From contig JBDRCO010000136.1 in NCBI GenBank assembly GCA_043821645.1, forward strand, positions 1 through 52,216: 52,216 bases of DNA, read 5' to 3'. The translations under genes and the position numbers were made by a program. Numbering within the stretch: the first letter of the stretch is position 1; the number at the start of each line of letters is the position of its first letter. This DNA comes from Pseudomonadota bacterium (lineage in GTDB: Bacteria > Myxococcota > JACRCW01 > JAFGSX01). The notes beneath the pieces are model-generated. The model had not been told where the DNA came from and did not search any database. It saw only the letters and a list, made by a program, of their open reading frames with translations. This document shows, piece by piece, positions 1-12,053 of this stretch.

Positions 1-594
1 CTGATCACCGAGACCCTCGGCCACCTCGGTGTCGACGAGGGCATCGTGGCCACGGTGGCGGACGCCCGGGGGCGGCTGCTCAAGCCCGGGGCGAGACTGG
101 TGCCCGAGCGCATCGACATCCTGCTCGCCCTGACCTCGGACCGGCTGGTGCACGAGCGCGAGCTCTGCTTCTGGCGGGGGCAGGTGAAAGGAGTCTCGCT
201 GGCTTCCGCGGTGCCCGTCGCTGCGGCGCGGGTCTACCTGCGCACCCTGACCGAGGGTGAGCTGCTGACCACACCCCGGCGGGCCGCCCGGATCGAGCTC
301 GGCAGTGCCACGGAACCACCCGGTCGCCTGGAGCTCGAGACCACTGCCCGAGCGGACGCTGCGATCACGGGTATCGCTGCCTGGTTCGAGTGCGACCTGG
401 GCGCGGGAGTGCACCTGTCGTCGAGGGCCACATCGAGCTGGTTCCCCTTGCTGTTCCCGCTGCGGCCGCCGGTCGAGGTTCGCACCCTGGACCCGTGTGT
501 CCTCAGGGTCGAATCCCGGGCGCTGGTGGACGAGGTGGCCTGGAGCTGGACCGTCGAGACCGCGCACGGGCGAGGCGAGGGAGGACGGCGCTGA
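1..594 (+). CDS. Protein-arginine-methyltransferase (PRMT)-like class I SAM methyltransferase, 5'-truncated by window edge
   Basis: Frame is open from base 1: LITETLGHLGVDEG (double-E-loop-like), then ARGRLLKPGARLVP, GIAAWFECDLG and LSS..SSW.P..FPL..P. The motif order matches the PRMT catalytic core plus beta-barrel. Confidence 0.65.
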   Translation: MITETLGHLGVDEGIVATVADARGRLLKPGARLVPERIDILLALTSDRLVHERELCFWRGQVKGVSLASAVPVAAARVYLRTLTEGELLTTPRRAARIELGSATEPPGRLELETTARADAAITGIAAWFECDLGAGVHLSSRATSSWFPLLFPLRPPVEVRTLDPCVLRVESRALVDEVAWSWTVETAHGRGEGGRR

Positions 595-627
595 GCGCCC
601 GGGATCTCTCGACCGCTTGACCGACCT

Positions 628-3165
<2,538 letters not shown>

Positions 3166-3284
3166 GGAAACCTCCGCAAGGATCGTGTCTGGACGCGCGG
3201 GGCAGAGATCGCACGGCCGCGGGTTGGAGACAAGCGCGGGTGCCAATCCGCTCCAGCTTGTGGCTCGCCCGGGTCACGTGGGGT

Positions 3285-3290
3285 TATAAT
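3285..3290 (+). promoter_or_regulatory. Candidate -10 element (TATAAT) 12 nt upstream of ATG 3303
   Basis: Perfect TATAAT in the divergent intergenic region of a GC-rich genome. No well-spaced -35 found. Confidence 0.5.
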
Positions 3291-3302
3291 TCCGGGCTCG
3301 AT

Positions 3303-4541
3303 ATGAAACCTTCGTCCCGCATCGCTGGCATCGACATCGCGCGCGGCCTGGCCATCTACCTGATGTTCCAGAGCCACACGATCAAGGGTCTGCTGTTCTT
3401 TCGCGACATGCCCGACTGGGGTGTGCACCCCATGCACACCATCACCAAGTTCTCGTCTTCACTGTTCGTGATCGTGTTCGGCCTGACCCTGGGAGTGATC
3501 TTCGCGCCGCGAACCTTGCGCGAGGATTGGGCGCACAGTCGCAACCACCTGTGGTGGCGGTCCTTGATCGTCTTGTTCTGGTACAAGGTCCTGATCGTCG
3601 CCCAGACCTTTCAGTCGAGGCCGCGCGACGTCATCGTCGACATGCTGCTGTACAAGAAGTTCCCCGACTTTGTCGAGATCCTGGACTTCTATGCCTGGAT
3701 GCTGCTCGTCATCCCCCTGCTGTTGCCGCTGTGGCGCAAGGTACCGGTGTGGGTCGGACCTCTGTTTGCACTGGCATTGTTTGGCCTCGGACAGTGGCTG
3801 TCCGCGAACTGGAACTTCTTCGATCTGCCACAGCTCAAGGCCATCCTGGTCGAGGACAAGCGCAACTTCTGCTTCGGCATCCTGACCCGCGGCCCCCTGG
3901 CGATGCTTGGCATCTTCCTGGGTGATCTCATCGCCCGTGCCGAGGATCGCGCAGTGCGGCGACGCATGGTGGCGGGCCTGTGCATCCTGGCCGGGTTGGC
4001 CCTGCTCATCGTGTTCTATGCCAGCTTCGGCGATCAGCTCGACAAGGTCTTCGTCGACATCGCGCGCAACCGCGGCAAGCACCCACCGGCCCTCTTCTTC
4101 ATGAGCTTCAGCGTCGGCGGTTCGTTGATCATCCTCGGTCTGTGCCTGCTCCTGCCGTCCGGGGGTTTCTTCCTCCTCAAGCCATTCGAGATCCTCGGCC
4201 GCGAGTCCCTGGTGTGCTTCGTGTGGCACATTTTGGCCGTCTTCATCGGGCTGCGCTGGGCCCTGGACCTCAAGCGCGTCAACCGGACCCCTCAGGTCAC
4301 CTACACCCAGGCCCTGCTGTTGACGGGGCTGGTCACGGTCACGGCCATCGGCGTGGCCCAGCTCAACACCTGGCGCAAGCGCTGGCAGGCCGAGCGGCGC
4401 CGCGAGCAGGGGACGCTCGAGGCACTCGTCGAGTCTCCCGACACCGAGCCTGACGCGCGTGCTCCACGGCGGGACGCCTTGGCACAGCCCGCAGCCGTCG
4501 ACGAAGATCACGACGCCATCATCAAGGAGCTGCTGCGATGA
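3303..4541 (+). CDS. Polytopic membrane acyltransferase-like protein (OpgC / DUF1624-like)
   Basis: N-terminal RIAGIDIARGLAIYLM..SH motif, about 10 hydrophobic segments, KHPP..F motif. Stop overlaps the next start (ATGA). Confidence 0.7.
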   Translation: MKPSSRIAGIDIARGLAIYLMFQSHTIKGLLFFRDMPDWGVHPMHTITKFSSSLFVIVFGLTLGVIFAPRTLREDWAHSRNHLWWRSLIVLFWYKVLIVAQTFQSRPRDVIVDMLLYKKFPDFVEILDFYAWMLLVIPLLLPLWRKVPVWVGPLFALALFGLGQWLSANWNFFDLPQLKAILVEDKRNFCFGILTRGPLAMLGIFLGDLIARAEDRAVRRRMVAGLCILAGLALLIVFYASFGDQLDKVFVDIARNRGKHPPALFFMSFSVGGSLIILGLCLLLPSGGFFLLKPFEILGRESLVCFVWHILAVFIGLRWALDLKRVNRTPQVTYTQALLLTGLVTVTAIGVAQLNTWRKRWQAERRREQGTLEALVESPDTEPDARAPRRDALAQPAAVDEDHDAIIKELLR

Positions 4542-5677
4542 AGCTGTGGCCAGTCTCGCATCTCTGTGCAGCACTGACGCTGGCGAGCGTCTCCGTGGCT
4601 GCCCAGCCCTCGCTTCCGCCCTGGTCCGTGCCCCTGCAGAGTGCGGTGGTCAAGGAGACCCGGCGCTTTGACGGCGAACTCGCGGTGGTGGTGAAGGATC
4701 TCGGGAGCGGCCAGCGCTACACTTACAACGCGGCCACGCCCATGTACCTGGCCTCGGGCATCAAGATTCTGGTGCTCATCGCCGTGTTCGAGGCTGAACA
4801 CGAAGGCAGCCTGAGCCTGGGCGAGCGCCTGACCCTGACCGAGGACGATGTACGGGATGGCGCGGCGCGTCTCAAGAAGGCCAAGCCTGGCGACAGCTTC
4901 AGCGTGATGCAGCTCGTCGAGCACATGATGCAGAAGAGCGACAACATGGCCACCGATCTGCTCATGGGGCGTGTCGGCGTGGCAGCGGTGAATGCCGCGG
5001 CGCAGCGGTACGGTGGGCCAGACTTCGGTCCCATCACGACCATGCTCGAGGTCCGCCGGAGCGTTTTCCGCAGTCTCGACCTGGGCGCGGATCAGCTCAG
5101 CCCTGCGCAGGTGGCCGCCATTCGCAACCAGAAGTCGCTCGCGGGCCGGGCGCGAAAGCTGGCGACCGTCCTCGGGCACAAGCGCGATCGTTTCTCGGGC
5201 GACGACCTGTGGGCTGCCCACGAGCGCTTCTACGACGGGCTCCACAACAGCGCACCCCTCGAGGCGGTGGCGCGGCTGCTCGAGGGCTTGGCCACGGGCC
5301 AGGTGGTGTCCGCGGACGCTTCCGCCCGGATGATCGAGATCCTGAAGACCTGTCGCACCGGCAAGCGACGGCTCCGCGCCGGCTTGCCCGAAAGCGTTGC
5401 CCTCGCGCACAAGACAGGGACCCAGGTCGGGCGGCTGTGCGATCTGGGAATTCTCTACCCCGAAAGCGGTGCCCCCGTCGTCATCGCCGCCTGCGCCAAG
5501 AATTTCTCAGCCTCGCGCAAGGTCGAGAACCTGATCGCCAGGGTCACGCGGGCGGCCTATGCCAGCGTGATCGAGGGGCGGGGCTACCAGGCTGCAGGTG
5601 CGGACTACGCTGGCCAGCCTGCCGCGAACGCGACGCCTGCGGTGTCGGGAACGGTCGCGCATCCTGTCGAGCCCTGA
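4538..5677 (+). CDS. Secreted class A beta-lactamase-fold serine hydrolase
   Basis: Signal peptide; SxxK (ASGIK), SDN and HKTG motifs. Confidence 0.85.
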   Translation: MKLWPVSHLCAALTLASVSVAAQPSLPPWSVPLQSAVVKETRRFDGELAVVVKDLGSGQRYTYNAATPMYLASGIKILVLIAVFEAEHEGSLSLGERLTLTEDDVRDGAARLKKAKPGDSFSVMQLVEHMMQKSDNMATDLLMGRVGVAAVNAAAQRYGGPDFGPITTMLEVRRSVFRSLDLGADQLSPAQVAAIRNQKSLAGRARKLATVLGHKRDRFSGDDLWAAHERFYDGLHNSAPLEAVARLLEGLATGQVVSADASARMIEILKTCRTGKRRLRAGLPESVALAHKTGTQVGRLCDLGILYPESGAPVVIAACAKNFSASRKVENLIARVTRAAYASVIEGRGYQAAGADYAGQPAANATPAVSGTVAHPVEP

Positions 5678-5775
5678 GACACTCCTCCTCGACATCGCAG
5701 AACCGACCAGCATGCCTCGGCTGAAGCCTTTGGGCCGCACTTTGGTCCCTCTCGCCGGCGAGATCTTGTGCAGGC

Positions 5776-7161
5776 TCAATCGGATGGGCGGGTCAGGCGC
5801 AGCGGATCCAGCAGGTGCTGCAGTTCCGCACGGGTTCTCCCGGTTTTCTCCATCGCCACGTCGAGGATGGGTCTGTCTTCCGAGTACGCGGTCTTGGCGA
5901 TCTCGGCCGCGGCCTGGTAACCGATGAGCGGGTTGAGGGCCGTGGCCAGGATGGGGTTGCGATCGCGGGTCCGTGCCAGGACCTCGTGCCGAACGACGAA
6001 GCCCGCGATGGCGCGATCGGCCAGCGCCCTGGTGGCACCGCCGAGCAGCAGGATGCTCTGCAGAAGGTTGTGGGCAATCAGGGGCAGCATGACATTGAGC
6101 TGGAAGCTACCGGACTGCCCGGCGATGGCGATGCTCGCGTCGTGCCCCATGACCTGCACGGCCACCATGGCCACGGCCTCGGGGATCACCGGGTTGACCT
6201 TGCCTGGCATGATGCTGCTGCCAGGTTGCAGCGCCGGCAAAGCGATCTCGCCCAGGCCCGCCAGCGGTCCCGAGTTCATCCAGCGCAGGTCATTGCTGAT
6301 CTTCAGCAGGCTGACCGCGATCACCCGCAGCTGGCCGGACAGCTCGACGGCAGTATCCTGCGAAGACAGCGCCGCGAAGTTGTTGTCGGCGGGGCGCAGG
6401 GCGAGGCCGGTGCGCGCGGACAGGGCCGCGGTCAGGCGCATGGCGAGCTGCGGGTGCGCATTGACCCCGGTGCCCACCGCCGTGGCCCCGAGGGGGAGCT
6501 GGTGCAGTCGCATCTCCACCGTCGTGAGGCGATCGCGCCCGGCGTGGATCTGCGCAGCCCAGCCGCCGAGCTCCTGGCCCAGGGTCAGGGGCATGGCGTC
6601 CATCAGGTGTGTGCGGCCCGTCTTGACCAGATCCGCCAGCTCACCGGCGCGGCGCACGATGGCGGCCTCCAGGTGCGCGAGACCAGGATGCAGCACATCG
6701 CGGAGGGCCAGCGCCGAGGCCAGATGAATCGCTGACGGCACGATGTCGTTGCTGCTCTGCCCCAGGTTGACGTGGTCGTTGGGGTGGACGGTCTGTCCCA
6801 GACTTCGCTGCGCCAGGGTGGCGAGCACCTCGTTGACGTTCATGTTGGTGCTGGTGCCCGAGCCGGTCTGAAACAGGTCCACCGGGAACTGCGCGTCGTG
6901 GCCGCCCGCCAGGACTTGGTCTGAGGCTTCCTGTATGGCCTGCGCCAGCTCCGGGGCCAGCAGCCCGAGCTCGGCATGAACCCGGGCGGCCTCGCTCTTG
7001 ATCACGCACAGAGCCTCGATCAAGCGCCAGGGCATGGGCTGTCCAGAGATCGCGAAGTTATCGACGGCACGCTGCGTCTGTGCCCCGTACAGAGCATGGG
7101 CGGGAACATGCACCTCGCCCATGCTGTCGCGCTCCACCCGTGTCTTCGGATCCGCCGTCAT
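5776..7161 (-). CDS. fumC: Class II fumarate hydratase
   Basis: ERDSMGEV, QTGSGTSTNMN, HPNDHVN, GRTHLMDA and GSSIMPGKVNP. ATG at 7161 has a GGAGA SD. Confidence 0.93.
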   Translation of the reverse strand: MTADPKTRVERDSMGEVHVPAHALYGAQTQRAVDNFAISGQPMPWRLIEALCVIKSEAARVHAELGLLAPELAQAIQEASDQVLAGGHDAQFPVDLFQTGSGTSTNMNVNEVLATLAQRSLGQTVHPNDHVNLGQSSNDIVPSAIHLASALALRDVLHPGLAHLEAAIVRRAGELADLVKTGRTHLMDAMPLTLGQELGGWAAQIHAGRDRLTTVEMRLHQLPLGATAVGTGVNAHPQLAMRLTAALSARTGLALRPADNNFAALSSQDTAVELSGQLRVIAVSLLKISNDLRWMNSGPLAGLGEIALPALQPGSSIMPGKVNPVIPEAVAMVAVQVMGHDASIAIAGQSGSFQLNVMLPLIAHNLLQSILLLGGATRALADRAIAGFVVRHEVLARTRDRNPILATALNPLIGYQAAAEIAKTAYSEDRPILDVAMEKTGRTRAELQHLLDPLRLTRPSD

Positions 7162-7318
7162 GGGTTCTCCTGTGGTGCTGTGATGCCCCTCCTGGGCAGG
7201 GACGCCCTGGTGTGAGGCCTGGTCGACCGCGCACCCTTCACCCCGTTTCCCTGAGCGATTCCCGTCGAGCGTACCGTCGCGACCTCGCCCATCACAAGAC
7301 CGGAGCCCACCTGCGCGC

Positions 7319-7349
7319 TTGACGCGCGGCGGTGGACCCAGCACATAAT
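7319..7349 (+). promoter_or_regulatory. Candidate sigma70 promoter TTGACG-N19-CATAAT, 5 nt before ATG 7355
   Basis: Near-consensus hexamers, but the spacer is slightly long. Confidence 0.45.
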
Positions 7350-7354
7350 TTCAT

Positions 7355-8716
7355 ATGTCCGACAAGCTTAGCATGCGACCGGGGCGCATTGCCGTGGTCG
7401 AAGACAACCGGCTGGAGCGTACCTACCTGACGGATCTTCTCGTCGAGGAAGATCATCTGGTCGAGGCCTTCTCCCGCGCCGAGCACCTCTTCGACGCGCC
7501 ACAGCGCGACGATTTCGACGTCGTTGTGACCGATCTGGTGATGGAAGGCATGGGGGGCCAGCAACTCATCGAGCAACTGCGGGACGCGGGATCGATGGTC
7601 GACGTGGTCGTGGTGACCATGCTGGCCGACGCGGACTCGGCGGTTCGCGCCATGCGCGCAGGCGCCTTCGACTATCTGGTCAAGCCCGTCAACAGCGACG
7701 TGCTCAAGATGACCGTGGCGCGCTGCCTCGAGAAGCACCGGCTGCTCGAACAGAACCTGCGCCTGCGCCGCGATCTCGAGCTCGCCCTCGCCGGGCAGCG
7801 GATCCTGGCCAGCCCGTCGCCAGATCGGATCGCCGAGACAGCTCTCGCGGCCTTGCTGCGGTACCTCGACATGGATGCAGGTCTGGTCGAGGCCGGGGGC
7901 ACCGCCCTCTCCATTCTCAACCTCAGCGCGGCCCAGGCGGAGATCGCCCTGGCCCTTGTCGGCGAGCATGGGGGCGAGACCTTGCAGCCGGTGGGAGCTC
8001 AGGCAACCTTGCCCGGTCACGACGCGGCCTACGTGGTGGCCATGGGGCAAGGCGAGGCTGCGCTGCGAGCGCTGGTGGCACGCGCGGGGCGCGCGGACGC
8101 TCCTGATGAGGCCGATGTGGCAGACGCCACGTTCTTGCTGCGCCACGCTCACCACGCGCTGGTCAACGAGCGTATCTACGCCCGGGCCCGGGACGAGGCG
8201 CTGCGCGACTCTCTCACCGGCCTGTTCAACGCGCGCTATCTTGAAGATGCGGTCAAGCGAGCCATCGAGAGCGGTCAGTTTGAAGAGTCGTGCTTCGCTC
8301 TCCTGTTCCTCGATATTGACCACTTCAAGCAGGTCAACGACACCCACGGCCACCTGGTGGGCTCCAAGCTCCTGGTCGAGCTGGGCAAGGTCCTGCGACG
8401 CTGCGTGCGCGAGAACGACGCGGTGGCCCGCTTCGGCGGGGATGAGTTCGTGGTCCTGCTCGAGCACGCGAACGTCGAGGGCGCGCAGGTCGTTGCCGAG
8501 CGCATCCGCACCACGGTCGAGCGCCGTCCCTTCCTGTCACGAGAAGGGCCGGGCTTGCACGTCACGGTCTGCGTGGGAATCGCCTGCTACCCTGCCCACG
8601 GGCGGGAGACCCGGCACCTGTTCGAGCTCGCCGACACTGCGATGTACGACGGCAAGCGCAGCTCCAGGAACATCGTGAACCTCGCTCGGGTCGACATGTC
8701 GACCGTGCGGACCTGA
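7355..8716 (+). CDS. Response-regulator (REC) diguanylate cyclase
   Basis: REC domain (VVED, TDLVM, DYLVKP). DSLTGLFN, DIDHFKQVND and an intact GGDEF with an RxxD I-site (REND-AVARF-GGDEF). Confidence 0.93.
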   Translation: MSDKLSMRPGRIAVVEDNRLERTYLTDLLVEEDHLVEAFSRAEHLFDAPQRDDFDVVVTDLVMEGMGGQQLIEQLRDAGSMVDVVVVTMLADADSAVRAMRAGAFDYLVKPVNSDVLKMTVARCLEKHRLLEQNLRLRRDLELALAGQRILASPSPDRIAETALAALLRYLDMDAGLVEAGGTALSILNLSAAQAEIALALVGEHGGETLQPVGAQATLPGHDAAYVVAMGQGEAALRALVARAGRADAPDEADVADATFLLRHAHHALVNERIYARARDEALRDSLTGLFNARYLEDAVKRAIESGQFEESCFALLFLDIDHFKQVNDTHGHLVGSKLLVELGKVLRRCVRENDAVARFGGDEFVVLLEHANVEGAQVVAERIRTTVERRPFLSREGPGLHVTVCVGIACYPAHGRETRHLFELADTAMYDGKRSSRNIVNLARVDMSTVRT

Positions 8717-8891
8717 AGCACCTGGATCGTCCCTGACTCGCCACAACCGTGCTTGACCGCCTGCAGGTTGTCGGATTTACTCGCCGCCAACGTACGAAGA
8801 AAAAACCGCCGCTGTCGCGCTCGCTGGGAGCGTGATGTCGACGGGATCGAGACGCATAGCGTCGTCGATCGTCGTGAACAGGAGGTACCCG

Positions 8892-9314
8892 ATGCGGATG
8901 CGAGTGCTGCTGTCGCTGTTTGTCGCTGCGATGATGCTGGGACCGGGGACGCTGTCCGTTGCTTCGGCCAAGAGTGGCAAGGCGGACAAGAAGGCCGCCA
9001 AGGCTGCGGCCAAGGCTGACGCCAAGGCGGATGCCAAGGCGATGGCCAAAGGCAAGAACGCCAAGGTTCACAAGAACGCCGCGAAGGAGAAGGAGGCCGC
9101 CCTGGCCGCGGTCGAGGAACTCAAGAAGGAGACCGAGAAGGCCACCTGGAACAACGCCCGCATCGAGCGCGTTGCCTGGCTCGCCAATGCCAAGAACGAC
9201 GAGGCCCTCAAGGTCATGGTCGAGCGATTGAAGACCAAGGAAATGGAGCGCGCCAAGCTGGTCAAGGACCACTACGAGCCCATCGCCGCCAAGGCTCCGC
9301 AGGCCGAGGAATAG
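8892..9314 (+). CDS. Secreted Lys/Ala-rich helical protein, unknown function
   Basis: GGAGG SD, Sec signal peptide, KA-rich segment and strongly GC3-biased codons. Confidence 0.8.
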   Translation: MRMRVLLSLFVAAMMLGPGTLSVASAKSGKADKKAAKAAAKADAKADAKAMAKGKNAKVHKNAAKEKEAALAAVEELKKETEKATWNNARIERVAWLANAKNDEALKVMVERLKTKEMERAKLVKDHYEPIAAKAPQAEE

Positions 9315-9364
9315 GACAAGCGCCCGCGCACGGAACGCGCCGTGTCGCGCCACAGGAGTTGCAC

Positions 9365-9640
9365 ATGAAGAAGCTGCTGACCGTGATGCTCATGGGTTTG
9401 ATGCTGGCGCTGTTCGCCTGTCCCAAGGAGGAAGAGGCACCGCCGCCGCCGCCCCCGGAGCCTGCCTCGGCCCCCGCCGAGCCCCCGAAGCCGGTGGAGC
9501 CCGAGCCCAAGACTCCCGAGGAGGCCAAGGCCAAGGCCGAGATCAACGAGATCAATGCCGCCGATCAGGCCAAGGCCATCGAGATGGAGCTGGACAAGGA
9601 CATCGAAGAAGCCAAGAAGCTGGGCGAAGAGACCAAGTAG
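9365..9640 (+). CDS. Small Pro/Glu-rich lipoprotein
   Basis: AGGAG SD; MKKLL...LFAC lipobox; poly-Pro linker and an acidic helix. Confidence 0.82.
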   Translation: MKKLLTVMLMGLMLALFACPKEEEAPPPPPPEPASAPAEPPKPVEPEPKTPEEAKAKAEINEINAADQAKAIEMELDKDIEEAKKLGEETK

Positions 9641-9692
9641 CCCCCTCTCCAGGCTCCTCCCACTCGCCCGTCGTCACCATAAGGCTCCCTGC

Positions 9693-9721
9693 TTGACCCG
9701 CACGGTCGTCGCGGGCACCAT
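9693..9721 (+). promoter_or_regulatory. Candidate sigma70 promoter TTGACC-N17-CACCAT for prkA
   Basis: Good -35, 17-nt spacer, weak -10. Confidence 0.4.
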
Positions 9722-9792
9722 CGCTGTGTGCCCGGTCACGTGCGACTGGAGCGGGCCTTCCATGGACCTCTGTTGAGAGGGGAGTACGCCAG

Positions 9793-12021
9793 ATGGATGC
9801 GCAGACGCTTCTTCAGGGGATGGTCGCGCGCATGCGCGGCGAGTACGAATCGCGCCGGAGCCTGCTCGCCATCGACGAGTACTTGCCGCTGGTGCTCAAG
9901 GAGCCACGGAGGCACGTGCGCAGCGCGGCGCACTACATGCTCGACGTGTTCGAACACTTCGGTACCACGACACTGGAACGACCCTGGGGTTCGCAACAGC
10001 GTTACAACCTGTTCGACGCCCCCTATGACGACGGCGTGGGCCGGGTTGCCGGCCAGGAGCAGGTGCAGAATGCGCTCTACCGTCTGCTGCAGAACTACGT
10101 GCGCGCGGGGCGCATCGATAGGCTGATCCTGCTGCACGGCCCCAACGGCAGTGCCAAGACCAGCCTGATCCGGTGCATCACGCGCGCTGCCGAGGTTTTC
10201 TCGGAGACCGAGGCCGGAGCCCTGTACACCTTCAACTGGGTCTTCCCGTCGAGCAAGGTGCAGAAGGGGGCCATCGGCTTCGGTTCCGGCACCTCGGGCT
10301 CGGAGCTCGGATCCTATGCCCACCTCGAAGGCATCGAGCTCGACGCGCGCATCCCCTGCGAGGTCAAGGACCACCCGCTGCTGCTGATCCCCTTGCTCGA
10401 GCGCCAGCAGCTGTTCCAGCGCCTCAAGGACGACGGCACCTGGATGCAGGATGCGGTGGTTCCCGAGTCCTTGCTGCGTGGCGACGTGTGTTCCAAGTGC
10501 CGGGCCATCTACGACGCCCTGATGGCGAGCCACCAGGGTGATTTCGCCGAGGTCATGCGGCACGTCCAGGTCGAGCGGCTGACACTGTCGCGGCGGTATC
10601 GGCGTGGCGTGGTGGCGGTCGAGCCGCAGATGAGCGTGGATGCCTACAGCAGGCCTGTCACCGCGGATCGATCGCTGGCCTCGCTGCCCGTCGAGCTGCA
10701 GAACCTCGTGCTGATCCAGAGCGGTGGTCCCATGGTCGAGGGCAACCGAGGTCTGGTCGAGTTCAACGACCTGCTCAAGAGGCCCATCGAGGCCTTCAAG
10801 TATCTGCTGTCGGCCACCGAGAGCGCCCAGGTGTCCCTCGAGTTCACCACGGTGTTCCTGGATTCCGTGCTCATTGCATCGACCAACGAGCACCACCTGG
10901 ACGCCTTCAAGGAATACCCGGACTGGCAGAGCTTCAAGGCGCGCATGGAACTGGTCCCGGTACCTTACCTGCGCCGTTTCTCCGACGAGCTCGAGATCTA
11001 CAGGGATCAGATACCGCGCACGGTGGTGGATCGTCACATCGCGCCCCATGCTCTGGACGTGGCCGCACGCTGGGCCGTGCTGACGCGTCTCGAACCACCG
11101 GACCCGGCGGGCTATCCCGACGAGGCGACCCGGTTGGTCGACGACCTCACCCCGATCGAGAAGCTCAATCTCTACGATCAGAGCAAGATGCCCGACCGAC
11201 TGACCTCCCGGGAGGTGCGCGACCTGCGCGGTCTGGTCGGTGACATGTACGAGGAACGGGCGGACCAGCCCGAGTACGAAGGGCGCTTTGGCGCCAGCGC
11301 CCGAGAAGTCCGGGCGGCGATCATGAATGCGGGCCAGGACACGCGTTACAAGTGCCTGTCGCCCCTGGCAGTGCTCGATGAACTCCGGCAGCTGTGCAAG
11401 GACAAGAGCGTGTACGACTATCTGCGCCGCGAGACCCGACGCGGATTCCGGGACGCTGGCGCCTTTGTTGACCAGGTCGAGGCCATCTATCTGGACCAGA
11501 TCGACGAGGAAGTCCGGGTGAGCATGGGGCTGGTCGAGGAGTCCAGCTACGAGGACCTGTTCGGGCGCTACGTGCGTCACGTGTCGGCGTGGGTCAAGAA
11601 CGAGAAGGTTATCGATCCGGTCAGCGGCGGCGTGGTGGATCCCGATGCCAGCCTGATGAACCAGGTCGAGGAAGTGCTGGTCAAGCCGGGCGAGGACCGC
11701 GAGGAATTTCGCAAGAATGTGATCAGCCAGATCGGCGCGCACTCGCTGGATCATCCCGACGGTGCGCGGGTCTACGGCGAGATCTTTCCCAACTACCTGC
11801 GCAAGATCCAGGTCGATTTCTTCACCACCCGGCGCAAGCAGGTGCAGCGTGCCAAGGAGAGCTTCCTGCGCGTCATCCACGGCGACGTGCAGAACATGGA
11901 CAAGAAGGAACGAGACCGGGTGCAGAGCATGCTTGAGATGATGCGCAGCCGGTTCGGGTACTGCGAACATTGCGCCAACGACATGGTCGCGTTCTTGATG
12001 AAGAAGCGCTACACGGAGTGA
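9793..12021 (+). CDS. prkA: PrkA/YeaG-family AAA serine protein kinase
   Basis: LLHGPNGSAKT Walker A, NRGLVEFNDLLKRP, IASTNE and YEGRFGASARE. Confidence 0.88.
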   Translation: MDAQTLLQGMVARMRGEYESRRSLLAIDEYLPLVLKEPRRHVRSAAHYMLDVFEHFGTTTLERPWGSQQRYNLFDAPYDDGVGRVAGQEQVQNALYRLLQNYVRAGRIDRLILLHGPNGSAKTSLIRCITRAAEVFSETEAGALYTFNWVFPSSKVQKGAIGFGSGTSGSELGSYAHLEGIELDARIPCEVKDHPLLLIPLLERQQLFQRLKDDGTWMQDAVVPESLLRGDVCSKCRAIYDALMASHQGDFAEVMRHVQVERLTLSRRYRRGVVAVEPQMSVDAYSRPVTADRSLASLPVELQNLVLIQSGGPMVEGNRGLVEFNDLLKRPIEAFKYLLSATESAQVSLEFTTVFLDSVLIASTNEHHLDAFKEYPDWQSFKARMELVPVPYLRRFSDELEIYRDQIPRTVVDRHIAPHALDVAARWAVLTRLEPPDPAGYPDEATRLVDDLTPIEKLNLYDQSKMPDRLTSREVRDLRGLVGDMYEERADQPEYEGRFGASAREVRAAIMNAGQDTRYKCLSPLAVLDELRQLCKDKSVYDYLRRETRRGFRDAGAFVDQVEAIYLDQIDEEVRVSMGLVEESSYEDLFGRYVRHVSAWVKNEKVIDPVSGGVVDPDASLMNQVEEVLVKPGEDREEFRKNVISQIGAHSLDHPDGARVYGEIFPNYLRKIQVDFFTTRRKQVQRAKESFLRVIHGDVQNMDKKERDRVQSMLEMMRSRFGYCEHCANDMVAFLMKKRYTE

Positions 12022-12053
12022 CCGCAGAGCACTCTGAAGGGAGGTCGAGGGAC

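Noticed and set aside
4538-5677. Calling this an antibiotic-resistance beta-lactamase
   Set aside because: The fold motifs are present, but there is no recognisable omega-loop general-base motif and no mobile context.
7162-7318. Possible riboswitch in the fumC leader (GGGAA...GGTG, hairpin TGCCC-CTCCT-GGGCA)
   Set aside because: I could not identify the conserved core of a cobalamin or other known riboswitch. An Rfam/Infernal scan would be needed.
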